Source: Octopus vulgaris (Eukaryota). Taken from it: DNA of 64,000 nt. Position numbers and translations under genes: made by a program. Positions 11,388 to 24,784 of the stretch are shown here, one piece after another. The stretch is taken from positions 66,030,001 to 66,094,000 of the forward strand of contig OX597832.1 in NCBI GenBank assembly GCA_951406725.2, given 5' to 3'. The notes beneath the pieces are model-generated. The model was not told where the DNA came from. It worked only from the letters and a program-made list of their open reading frames with translations, and ran no database searches. How positions within the stretch are numbered: position 1 is the stretch's first letter; each line of letters starts with the position of its first letter.

Positions 11388-13255
11388 GTATATATATACT
11401 GTACAGTTATATGGTGTTAATATGTTAACAAACTTACGCGTATGATGTGTACGCCATTCATGCTCACTTCAATTTACAATATATCCTTAGTCGCACCTGG
11501 TGTCCGTATTATCGTGGCAAAAATTAGCAGTTGCGAATTGTCACTTTATATTAGCCACTAATGATGTACTCTGGATAATATCAGCTGACATTGGCTTAAA
11601 AATACACGCACACACATAAACACATAAACCTACACACACACACATTACATTGAGTATAATATATAGCATTCATTAAAGGCATCTGAAGTTTTGTGCATAT
11701 TCTACATTATATACATTGATTATTTTCATATGGTTCCGATATTTTCGAAAGTTTTCACACTTAATTGAATATAGGTGAAGTCTTGGCCGTTTGGTAAAGA
11801 AACTACATTTGCTGTCACGTGGATTCGGCTATAGTCAAACAATGCGGCATCTTGGATAAGTGCCGTCTAATATAGTCCCAAAGAGACAAGATTTTATGAA
11901 TGAATTAAGTAGGGGTAAAACTTGTGGACGTTCATCATATATATGTGTATATGTATAAATATATAAAGAGGATTATTAGAGATAACACTATTAGTGGCTG
12001 CAAGCTTAAAACCGTACAGGCAAAATTAATATATATATATATATATTTACATATATACATTGATTAATTTCTATATATATATATATATATATATACATAT
12101 AGAAATTATATAAAATATGGACACTAAGAAGCACAAGCTTAGCTAAAAATAGGAGTCAAAATCACTCCGAAGCCAAAAGAATTGACACAAAATTTTTAAA
12201 AACATGGTTTCAAAAGTGATAAGCGTTGTGTCTTGTCTCTGCAAATTGCAAGAAGTAATGCCAGTTAACCTCGAATAAGGATTTCGAATTTAGCGCCAAA
12301 AGCACTTCTCATGACAATGCATATATTTCACTTGTGCTCGTTTGAGGGCCCTAGCCGCACTGTGAAACGAACTAAGTGATTAATTTATGACTATATATAC
12401 AGCATTATTACTCAGAAGAGATAACAATTAGCGACTACAAGCTTAAGACTATATAGGCAATATATATATATATATTAAGAAGCACCACAATGTTCTTTAT
12501 ATATCTGGTTAATATTTTGCTTCTTAGTGCCCTTGTTATATATAATTCCAATATATATCTATGTATGTGTATAGGTATATATATATTTATCTGTGTTTGT
12601 CTCACGCCAGATTGCTTTAAAATTAATATTGATTTGTTTCCGTGCTCATACCTTAGAGATTTGAAAAAAGTGGCTAATTGAAGACGTCCCAGACTTAGCA
12701 AATAATTATTAGGTTCGATTTGCTGGACTAAACACTTCATATCAAATTTCTTAAACTTCAAAAGCATTTTGTTTTTCGTGCATAATCAATTTTTCGAGTT
12801 TTAATTCTCGCTTACGAATTCTAATATTGATAAACCTTCGTTTACTTCTTCGAATTACGGAAGCATATGCATTGGCGTTCATGTATGCAATACTGTCGAC
12901 CGTTTTAGAACATGCGCACGTTCAAGTTCTATGAAAGATGAAAACCGATTGCCGTAGGGAAATCAAAAACAAAATGCGATATATATCAGCCATGTTTATG
13001 AAAACGAGAGTACAATCGGAAGTCAATTCGATTTACAATACGCTGGAAACGAGAAAGCGATGAAGTGGGTAAAGCGTTGGTCTAATGATTGCAATTGAGA
13101 CACTAAACACAATGTGTGTATATGTTAGGAATATGTATTTCACAACATTACAGGGTATGAAATATCCGGATCTGCTTGTACAGGGGTGATTGTGTATATG
13201 CAAAATGAACAGGAGAGCATGGAGTATTCATTTCTTTACAAACAATCACGTGTGC

Positions 13256-13296
<41 letters not shown>

Positions 13297-13340
13297 TTAT
13301 ATGCATAAAGAATATGACTACGATTTTTGCGCATATAGGA

Positions 13341-13655
13341 GCACTCCGGCGGTTACAACGATGCGGGTCCCAGTTGATCTGATCAACGGAACAGCCTGCT
13401 CGCTAAATTAACGTGCTAGTGGCTGAGCACTCCACAGACATGAGTACCCTTAACGTAGTTCTATGAGAGATTCAGCGTGATACAGTGTGTGATAAGTAGT
13501 ACCTTTGAAATACAGGTACTACTCATTTTTGTCAGCTGAGTGGACTGAAACAACCTGAAATAAAGCGTATTGCTCAAGGACACAACGTTTCGCCGGGAAT
13601 TGAACTCATGACCTTACGATCATGAGCCGAATGCCCTAACCACAAAGCTACGCAT
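13341..13655 (-). mobile_element. tRNA-derived SINE (family 1)
   Basis: Minus strand begins with an A box (tagctttgtggttagggca) and B box (gagttcaattcc); 3' part shared with 14031-14130. Confidence 0.8.
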
Positions 13656-13721
13656 ATAATCCTGCTTTTTCAAAACGTTTTATATTTTACATTGTTAGAA
13701 TTAAATGAGTGTGTGTGTGTA

Positions 13722-13799
<78 letters not shown>

Positions 13800-14030
13800 T
13801 ATGTGCATGGAGCGAGAGAGTCCGACAGACATCGAAAGAAAGTCAGTAAGAGAGAAATTGAGAAAGGTTCACGAGAAAGCGTTGACAGTGAAGTCAACTT
13901 TTGGGTTTAACAGTTTAACATCTCCGATGAGATTGATGCTGTTAGTACGCTACCACTTCAACGTCAACGTCCACCAAGAACATAATTCGCTATAAAATGT
14001 TTAGTAAACAAAGAACATTAAAGCTTGTAT

Positions 14031-14320
14031 GTGGCACTCCGTCGGTTGTGACGACGTAGGTTCCAGTTGATTCGGTCAATGGAACAGCCTGTGACAAGGC
14101 TAGCACTTTGAAATACAGGTACAATAGAAACAGGAAGTAATAGCGAGACAAAAATTGTGGTGAAAGGGTACAGCAGGGTTCGCCTTCCACTGCCGGATCC
14201 TCGGGGAGCTTTAGGTGTTTTCGCGAAATGAACACTCACAACGCCCGGTCTGGGAATATAAAACGCGATGCTACGACCGCGAGTCCGCTGCCCTAACCAC
14301 TGGACCACTGCGCCTCCACT
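14031..14320 (-). mobile_element. tRNA-derived SINE (family 1-related)
   Basis: Minus head ggaggcgcagtggtccagtggttagggcagcggactcgcggtcgtag; tail gcactccgtcggtt...ttccagttgat..ggaacagcctg shared with the 13341 copy. Confidence 0.85.
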
Positions 14321-15349
14321 GATCGTGTATACGTTTATATATATTATATGCATGTGTGTATGTGTGTGCGTGCGCGTGTGAGTGAGTGTGAGGAGGGATG
14401 TATGCATATAAAATTGTGCATCCTACTTAAAGCAAATGCATAAGTTTGCTTAGTTGTGTTCTGATACAGCTTCTCTTACAGCTGCGCAGTGTTAAAAACA
14501 AACTGAAACAAAAACAGAAGGGAAGTATATCAGGTGTCGACTAAAGTCGTCTAGCACTTGTAATAGCATTGATAAAGGCAAATTTCTGACACTTTTACCT
14601 TCCGTTAGTAAAGAGTAGCTACTGTCAGTTGCATGAGACACTGTCGCCCTGCAGACACTCGGTATCAATGTCTGCCATTTAGAAATTCAATTCATTCTCT
14701 TGAAATTTAGTCTCTACTTTATCAGTTATTCTTGTTCATTTCTTCAATATATATTCTTTATCCATTTTCCACTCTCTTCTTTCTTCCTGTTTTAATCAGA
14801 GAATATATTGTCGAAATGCACCTTATTCACTCTATATAAGCTTTATGTAATTTTTTACTTTTATGAAATATAATTTTCAAATCCTATTCAATGGAACTCA
14901 AGACGTTAGCTATGAATGATGTTAACGCAATTTACGACACTCACATCTGTTAACTCTTCAACATTTCTAGGCTTGAATATTAGTAAAATACAAGGGAGAA
15001 TATTTTTCCGGAATATTCATGGCGGATTCCAAGTTATGGTACATTTCCTTTGTTCCTCATGCCACGCTGTTTGATGTCAAATGTAGATAACGGCGCCTAA
15101 AAATAAAGCAAATAGAAAGCAATTTCTTTATACCTGAAACTTGTACCAACATAGTATGTAATGTTTTGTAATTTTAAAGAATACATAGTTTAAATCTATA
15201 TTCATTACATTGAGTATTTTTAATTTGAATAATGAAATATGAGGAGTGATCCTTCCTTTTAAAATCTGTAAACTATTCGTGTCACTTACAAATGTGGAAA
15301 AATTTGCTAACTACTTAATATGGGTAGTTAAAAGCAGACGAATATGGCC

Positions 15350-15411
<62 letters not shown>

Positions 15412-16649
15412 TTTCTCTCTCTTCACGGGGAACTCAAGCATTTCAAGAAGACGGAGATGCAGCACCTCTTGGTTAGTAATATATATCGACATCAAAATTG
15501 ATAAAATGCAAACTTGATGTACGTAATACTTGAACTCAGAATTATAGTCCAGGTACAAATATCGCATTACGTTCTATGTAGCGATTTAACGAGTCCTGTG
15601 CATGTGTGCTGAGTCTCGTATATACACAAATATACACATACAACTCCAAACAACTCACTTATACAAACAAAATACATATGTCTACATAAGCACATACTTT
15701 TCTCTCTCATATACGTTTGCGTGTGTACATATAGGTATACATACGTGTTTATGTGTATGTGTGTGTTTGTGTGTGTGTGTGTTTCTGTGTGTGTGTGTGT
15801 GTGTGTTTGCGTGTGAGCATAGCTTTTGTGTCTGGAATCGTTACTGTTTACAACCGGATAGAGAAAATCTTTGTTATGTTTTAACATCTTCAGTTATTTA
15901 TCTATTGTAAACGGCTTCAGCATCGCTTCATTTCCTTTTACAACTTGGTTTATAAGAACATTTATCAGAATTGGTGTGGTTAACACTGATTTACGCCAAC
16001 AAAATTTGAGTTGATAATGAAACCTGATGAGATTGTTTTGTTTCGAACAACTCTCGCTTTATATTTACTTGATACACATGGCGGTCATTTGTGAGTTTCC
16101 AAATGATATACGAGATGACTTTTTAGTGAGGAAGGTGTGAGGTATCGGTTGGCAACTTAAAACCTGATTTTCACAGTTGTCTTCCTGACGCTTTTGCCGA
16201 CTAATCTCACTTTCGTTTGATATGAAATATTGACTTAACTTTTATGCGACCGAAAATCTCTGTATTTTACAATCAGTAACAATGTATATTATAAATATGT
16301 CACGTCCATGCGTCTGTAATGGCTTTCAAGAGCTTAAAGTATTGTAAAGAATTCTTCCGCTTCTAGAGACCCAATCGTTGAATATATGATGCTCGATAAG
16401 ACTCTGAAGAAATATTTTATTTCCGTTTGAGACAGACTTAACTTGTTTGTTTACTTTCGGTGTTATGATCGGTATCACAGATGCAATCATTTGAAGCTAT
16501 AAGATTCAGCCATTTCTAAGATATATTTGCAAAGTCATTAAACTGAAATTAATTTCTCATCAGATATTACAACATCTTCAATCTCCGGACAGAGATATGT
16601 TTCTTGAGAGATCAGTGTTGGAAAGCTACGCGATAGCAGAAGTGTCTTA

Positions 16650-16760
16650 GAATATTTTTATAAGATGTCTTAAGAATACAACACAACATGGTGAGGGAAT
16701 AGAAATTACAACATCGCATTTATAAGCACGACCCTCTAACCTGGAGCCACGCACCTTCAC
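16650..16760 (-). mobile_element. Degenerate SINE head
   Basis: Ends ...ccctctaacctggagccacgcaccttcac, like 30020-30160 and the family 1 heads. Confidence 0.5.
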
Positions 16761-17342
16761 ACATACACACACACACATACACACACACACACGCACACAC
16801 ACACACACATACACAAACTCACACACACACACACACACATACACATACATACATAATACATGCACTCATGAATATCACATACGTGATGCCTGCTCTTGAA
16901 ACGCCAGAACTTGGGTGCGGTTTTCCGTCTGCGGAAGTTCTCTTTAAAATCGTATAGTGTTAAAAATCAAACTATGCTACAGAGCTGGGTAAATCGAAAC
17001 CGCCCTGGATGTGAATGACTATGACTAATAACAGTATTTTACTGTATTTGGCTACTACCAATATCGAATACTCGCTTCACCTATGAAATGAAATCGTCAT
17101 CGCTTGTCTAATATATAGGTATCTCGTATAACAACTGTTTGTTGCTTTGAAATTATGTTTTACAATCAGTAATTGTTAACCCCCAGAGCCGTTTCGGTTT
17201 CCCTAGCTCGGAAGAATACTGTGTTTTTTTAGCATTATGCATCTTCAAAGGGATCTTTCCTACAGGAAATATTTGCAGCTCTTGGCTTTTAACAGCACAA
17301 TATATTAAGGGTGATAAAATCATAAGGTTTATATCATTAAGT

Positions 17343-17379
<37 letters not shown>

Positions 17380-17554
17380 GCATATACATACATGCACATA
17401 TATACATACATACATGCAAATAAACAACTATAATACCCTGTTGTTGATGCTGAAATTCCAATGAAGGAGCCTTGGTTAGAAACCGATTCTTTCTCTATTG
17501 GCTAGAAATCTTGAAATAAACTGAATAATGAGATAAATACACACACGCACACGC

Positions 17555-17652
<98 letters not shown>

Positions 17653-18712
17653 TAAACCAAATCTGCCCGACGAACGGGAACGCGAAACTCTGAGTAACAT
17701 ATTTTGTAATGTCTTTACAGCTTTTTAAATAAAGTATATATTTTGGGCAAAACTGGATATCACGTAGACAGAAGTGTACTTATGTTAACACTGTGAAATA
17801 ATCGTAAATTCCCTCTAGTGTGATTTGAACAATCTCACACTAAATCCCTAAATTTTGAGATTTTTTGAGAATTAAGAATAAATATGATTTAAAAAATCAT
17901 CTTACTTTGCTTACCTCAAATCAATACTATTTTCTCACTTTTCAAATAAATATAAAACCATATTGCTATCGACTGGTCCCAAAACCCTGATTTGAAACGA
18001 TAGTTCCTTATGTCCATTTTATTGCCTCTTTCTTTCGATTCCCTTTCACGTAGCCCACGCATCTTAGATGATATTATTCTCATTATCAGAGGTTGATGAG
18101 TTGAATGCTTCCTGAACAAATTAAGTTTTCCTTTCTACTCTAAATGTATAAAATAATCTATTCCCTAAATTCCTAAAAATGTCACCCTAAGTGACACTAT
18201 AGTCATAATGTATTTCAAAGATTTACTGTCATGTAATCTAAGGTTATATAATCACTTAAACAGAATATTGTTTAAGAAGAATATTTGAATCCCCAGTTCG
18301 CTTCACCTGGAGACATGAATAAAACGTTGAAGAAATCTGCGGAGGAATGTCAATTTTGAATGACTATGTACTGTAACTAAATGCACGTAAATGCTATATA
18401 ATAATTGAAACACTGTCGCATTTCAATTAAATGAGAATAACGCTTTATAAACAAAATTTGAAAATGTATGAATCTCCATTCTACTTTATGGTGTCTTAAT
18501 CATATACTCTCTATGCTGTACTAAATCCGATGAAGTGAACTCCAGCTTTACCTATCGAGTGAAGGAAGTCAGTTATGTCCCTTGTATTTCAAAATCGTTA
18601 GCCAGATACAGATTATATGAGAGTGTAAATAACGTATACCGGCCGGGTTTCAGATCCCTCTTACTCTACATTATGTATAAAAATGTATATATATACATAC
18701 ATATACATACAT

Positions 18713-18743
<31 letters not shown>

Positions 18744-18989
18744 CATTTATATAAATAAACAAGTGTTACGGAATTAGGTAAATAAGTTCCAAGCTACATA
18801 TGTTTCATAGCAAGCGGAACCTAGCAGGCGGTAAGAATCCGGGTGTTGTGTATATCGACGGCTACTGATCAGGCCAAGGATCGAACGTATTAAGTCTAGA
18901 TCTTTCATACTCCTTTCCGTAACTCTTGTACTCTTATTCGCCCACCTGGAAACGCTGGTTGCCTATCTGTCGATACGTCCGTTCACTTT

Positions 18990-19300
18990 GCATTATACCA
19001 ATGCAAAGATTCAATCTCAGTACAAGAACGCCTAAACAAGGAAAACATGTTCATACAAAAGTACGGCCCACACCTCAATATACAAATTTGAACATTTAAA
19101 AAATTATACTAAGGAGCCAGTTGTCCCCCTTGCCACGTGTTGCTTCCCTTGGTTCACTCTCTAGACTTATTCTTCTTACTCTTTAAAATCCAAAATGACG
19201 AGACCCCTCTACCACAAGAACTGTTTACTCTACAATGTCCCTTGAAATGCTAATTTAAATAGCGAAAACCGTTTGGATTTCACGACATCCGTATACTATG
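18990..19300 (+). mobile_element. PLE 3' remnant (GIY-YIG C-terminus plus HHR-like terminal segment)
   Basis: YQCKDSISVQERLNKENMFIQKYGPHLNIQI* matches the R..KE..FI.K..P.LN end of PLE endonucleases; HHR-like fold at 19237-19278. Confidence 0.6.
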
Positions 19301-19434
19301 TATATAATTATAAAAAGATATTAAACTATACCAAACGAAGGTATTTCTCTTCCACTTAATATTTTTTCCACATTCTCAACATATATATATACATACATAC
19401 ATACATACATATATATATACATACATATATAAAG

Positions 19435-19700
19435 TTAAACCAAACATGAAAACACAAAGAGAAAACACAGCAACGCGAAGACGTGGAACAGATATAGTAT
19501 CACGGAGATGTACTCGCATAGTAATTTGATCTGAGATCGTGTGCTGAAACGAAAACAAGTACAGCGTGGAAGGTGTTTATAAGCTATTTAAGAAACACAC
19601 AAAAGCCGTTCGATTCACTTCAACATTTAAGTTTAATTTGTCAAAATATTTTCGTCGCTAAAATCCGCGACCTGTTCACTGACAAAAATCCGTGCTGCAT
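19435..19700 (-). mobile_element. Chimera of family A (19435-19500) and family B (19502-19700) repeats
   Basis: Direct similarity to 3311-3377 and 696-893 respectively. Confidence 0.8.
19637..19686 (-). ncRNA. Minimal type I hammerhead with compensatory G3-C8 core (GUGAACA)
   Basis: uuuguca-GUGAACA-G-gucgc[ggauuuua]gcgac-GAAA-auau-UU-ugacaaa. Perfect 7-bp stem I, 5-bp stem II, palindromic AUAU loop III. Confidence 0.7.
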
Positions 19701-20080
19701 CTGAGAAAGTAACAGTTAGTTCGTCATATATATGTACGTATGTATGTGTGTATGTATGCATACATGTGTGTATGTATGTACGTATGCATGCACGTACACA
19801 CGCCTGCGTATGCATGTATGTATGTATATATGTATGTATGTATGTATGTATATATGTATGTGTGTGTATATGCACGCACATACACCCTATAAACATAAAG
19901 CTATAAACCTGTAGCGAAGGATAGATGTAGAGTGACCACTCATCACAATACTATCAAATTTCAACTTCCTCCGGCCGAAGCTTGGAAGTGATTTACGACA
20001 CTTACTCTCAAAACTATACCCTAAAACCTATTATCAGAACTTTATCTCTATATCACAGAACTTTTGTTTTACTATTGTGC

Positions 20081-20217
20081 GTATGTATGTATGTATGTAT
20101 GTATGTATGTATGTATGTATGTGCGTATGTATGTATGTATGTATGTATGTATGTATGTATGTATGTATGTATGTATGTATGTATGTATGTATGTATGTAT
20201 GTATGCGTGTATGTATG
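20081..20217. repeat. (TATG)n microsatellite
   Basis: Direct reading. Confidence 0.95.
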
Positions 20218-20574
20218 TGTGCATGTACATACCTACCTGTCTTAGGACTGAGAGTGTGTACGTGTGTATGTGTATGTGAACGTATGTCCGTGTACTGGCA
20301 TGTGTCCGTCCAAGTTGTGTACATGACTGTCACTTTGTTGAAGGTTGTATACATATTCACATATATGTTTGTATAGACGCACACACATATATATATATAT
20401 ATGTGTGGGTGTGTGTTTGTTCCTCTCATCACCGTCTAACCGTGAATGGATACAACGCTTAAGTGCAACTGTACGTATCAAACAACGTACGCTCATACTG
20501 TTATATATAACTGCACATAAGCATTGCAACCTGTATGTAAGGACTACAAGTAAAAGAGAGAGAGAGAGGGGTGG

Positions 20575-21029
20575 TTATAGAATAGTCCTTCTGAATGGGA
20601 TCTGGATGTTACTCCATTCGGACTTTCGGTTGAGAGTAGGTTTGTATTCTTGTATACAAACAGCTTCTGTGACCTGTCTCAACATTGCATCGGTGGGATG
20701 TGTTGATAGGATGTTCAACTTAAGTTTCCCTAAGGATCCCTTGTGGCAGTCTACAGCATGTTGGTAGAAGATGAAGTTTGGCTTCCTTTCAATGTAGCTG
20801 TCCAGGTGTTCTTTGAACCTATCATTGATGCTTCTAGAAGTCTCACCTATGTATGACTCTGGGTTAGTCGCGCAAGCTCCCTCCTGGGACTTAATCTGGT
20901 ATACAGTGCCCTTGGTTTTACAATTTACATGTGGATTTGTCGAACATACTGCACAATTACTTTGACAGGTGATTCTATCAAATGGATATGATCTGCATAA
21001 TGCCAATTTGATAGTCCTACCTGTCTTAG
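20575..21029 (-). mobile_element. Penelope-like element GIY-YIG endonuclease domain (5'-truncated, open frame)
   Basis: Cys-rich linker CQSNCAVC...NC, then GTVYQI...YIGETSRSINDRFKEH...HAVDCH...RQVTEAVCIQEYKPTLN. The upstream poly-IY part of the ORF is (TA)n. Confidence 0.92.
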
Positions 21030-21600
<571 letters not shown>

Positions 21601-22254
21601 CACAAACACAAAGGTTTCAAACAACTACATACAAACACTCAAACACACACACACACGTGTGTGTTTGTGATTAGTAAAAAAGGCACAATTCACTTTCTCA
21701 TTCGAACACATTTGCAAACACACACCAACAATTCACTGACATATGGTGAGTAGATGCTATTGTTCTATATTTTATAAATTACCCATATTTACTTACCCAT
21801 GCTTCATTCCACTCTTGCCTACATAGGGCATCCATTCTCTTTTAACACAGCATGAAAGCTATTATGGCCAAGACCAAGCTACAGCATACGTGTTCGTAAG
21901 ACATAGAGCCGCTCACATTATGAGTTACACTATTACACCAATTGTACTGGGACTGTTGTCTACTTCCCGTTAGTTTTCAGTGTCGAGGAAATAAAAGTTT
22001 CTCGAGAAAGAACAAAAAAAGAACACTCCTAGATTTCACAAAGGACTTTCAGAAGCGATAGGAAGTAAGTTCAGTTGAAGAAAAGAGACGGATTTAAAGA
22101 AATCAGACGGTCGAATTGCCATGATAACTCAACAGAAAAGGTAAATTGGTTTTTCATTTACTTTCTGTCGCTAAGTGTTGGTAGTATTAATTTGCCAGCG
22201 TACTTCAGTTGTCAATTGTTGAAATAAATAAATTGTAAGCTAAGAAGGTGCGTG

Positions 22255-22289
<35 letters not shown>

Positions 22290-22433
22290 GAGTGTGTGAG
22301 TGTGTGTGTGTGTGTGTAGGAAGTGAAGGATAAAAATATGGCAAGTAGTGGACAGATGTACATATAATCATACATCCATCCATACATACATGTGTGTGTG
22401 TGTATGTATGTGTATTAATGTGTGTGTGTGTTA

Positions 22434-22805
22434 TCTCTCTCTATATAAAGCTGAAGTTGTCTGTGTGCTGCAGGTTTGGTAGCCTTCAACTAACACTATC
22501 TCCTCCGAGACCCTGCGGCGCAAGTTGACCAAAATTAAGAGTATGATAAAAGAAAGGTTGCTCTTCCTTCCGTAGGAGATAAAATTCAAATAGGACCATG
22601 TTAACACCAAAAATTACTTACATCAACAAGGTCCTTTTTTTCTATGATTTTTTCACTGCTGTGTCGCCACTTTTCGGTGTATTTCAACCCAAAAAATGTT
22701 CACTTGAAGAGAGTAACAAGCTACATAATGCAAAATTTTTACTTTTCAAAAATTCCATTCACAAAGGGTCGAAACAAACCCGAGCAACGCCGGGCGATAC
22801 TGTTA

Positions 22806-22806
<1 letters not shown>
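22434..22806 (+). mobile_element. Non-autonomous Helitron
   Basis: a|TC...tatataaagctgaag 5' end, subterminal hairpin cccgagcaacgccggg (22779-22794), TTAG|t 3' end (CTAG variant), inserted at an A-T dinucleotide. Confidence 0.75.
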
Positions 22807-22867
<61 letters not shown>

Positions 22868-24240
22868 GCATATATATATGTGTGTATGTGTGTATATATA
22901 TATACACCCATATGCAAATATACATACTTGTACAAATATTCTTGGACTTACAAACACATAGACGAACACACACATTCATATAAAGATAGATCGATAGATA
23001 ATTAGGTAGAAATAGATAGATAGATATTGAGACTGTTAAAGAGAGAGAGAGAGAGAGTACGAGTTATCCATGGATACAGAGTATATGCAAGAAGAAATAC
23101 ATCTTACACACCAGGCACATTGAAAAACAGCCAAAAATAATTATGGATATAAACTTTTATGTATCTTGGGTATATAATTGTGAGTATATGTGTGCGATTC
23201 AGTCAGTCTGTAGCAGTAAATGTGTGTGCATTCGAGTGTGTGTCCATGAGTGTGGTTAACGTCTGTCAATATGCGACTAGACACCAATGACGAGTGCATA
23301 TGTATGCGTGCTTAAACAAACATATTTCTGAACACGTCATCGATGTAACACTTACCATAATATTACAGACACGTATTATTTTACTTAATACCGACTTCCT
23401 TTGACGTCTAAGCCAGATGTCAGGTATTGATCCGTGTGTTATATGCCAGATTTATGATCCATCATACACCTCAATATTGTAGCTATCATATCTCACTTAG
23501 GAAAACTATATCACTGTGTCTGGTCGTGTCTAGTCTGCTATCTCAATCGTCTGAATCTCAATGAAAATTGCTCGGATCAAGAGAAAACTAATAAATGTAC
23601 AAAACAATACAAGTGAAACAAACGAAAAGAAAGAAGGGAAGTAATAACGACGACAATAAAAAGTAATACGGTTTGTCAATCATTAAGTGTTGAGTTTAGG
23701 AAAAATGCAACAGGAAAGCCGGAAGAAACGTGCTTAGCTTATGGAATTAGTTGCGCATTATGTCTTTCTTTCTTATTCTGCCTCACTCTCTCTCTCTCTC
23801 TGTCTCTGTCTCTTTACCTGTATATACACAATAACATGTTTGTACATATATAGATATGCATGCATACAAATATACATGTGCTCACGCAAACATTCACACA
23901 CAATCACAGACACACACACATGCATATTGTTCATACAAACTAACACGTGTTACCACACACGTCCTCAGAGGTATTCCGATAATCAGAGGTATTATTGAAA
24001 TAGTGACAATTGCGATTTTCTAACATTGTTTATATATTAACAGTGTTACAGTAAGTATAGTGTAAAGTTAAGAATGCTATGGCTTATATTTCAAAGGTGG
24101 TAGACTGTTGATCGGAGGAATATTGACACTATTGCTTCGGTATACGCATATAGGAATACCCTTACATATTAGCGAATAACCATAAAATTGATAACATATA
24201 TTTATATATGTGTGTACCTAGGATATATATATATGTGTTG

Positions 24241-24272
<32 letters not shown>

Positions 24273-24283
24273 CATATATATAT

Positions 24284-24374
<91 letters not shown>

Positions 24375-24379
<5 letters not shown>

Positions 24380-24630
24380 AAACGACGAAGGCATGTTTAC
24401 GAAAATAAACAAACGACGAAGGCATGTTTACGGAAATAAACAAAAGTCGAAGGCAGGTGGAGTACAAACAAACAATGTATTAGTATGGCGCTCAGGAATA
24501 GAAATAACACAAGACTTTTACGTTTCGAGCCTACGCTCTTCGACAGAAAGATACACAGAAAAGAAACAAGGAGATAAACAAGGAGAGAAAAAAATTGCGT
24601 GTAGGGGCTAACGATCCAACATGGCGTTCT
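24375..24630 (-). mobile_element. Family A-related short repeat between (TA)n tracts, with HHR-like fold and 31-bp terminal tandem repeats
   Basis: Shares cgctcaggaa...acgtttcgagc...gctcttcg.cagaaa with 3384-3444; the unit taaacaaacgacgaaggcatgtttacg.aaa occurs ~2.7 times at 24375-24457. Confidence 0.75.
24515..24550 (-). ncRNA. Minimal hammerhead-like motif with CUGUCGA core
   Basis: cuuu-CUGUCGA-A-gagc[guag]gcuc-GAAA-cg-UA-aaag. Stems are intact, A6 is replaced by U. Confidence 0.55.
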
Positions 24631-24705
24631 GTATATATATATATATATGTATGTATATATGCACATATATACATATGCACATGTACATATATATATGAAT
24701 ATACA

Positions 24706-24784
<79 letters not shown>

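Noticed and set aside
12120-12460. (TA)n-flanked unit with a partial direct repeat at about 11975-12025 and a GAAACCAUG on the minus strand
   Set aside because: Probably a repeat, but I could not build a convincing hammerhead core or stems.
16020-16056. Exact CUGAUGA followed by GA...UC-GAAC
   Set aside because: GAAA is absent, stem II is 2 bp and there is no stem I.
24375-24457. 31-bp repeats of CRISPR-like length
   Set aside because: Directly tandem with no spacers, eukaryotic context, no cas genes.
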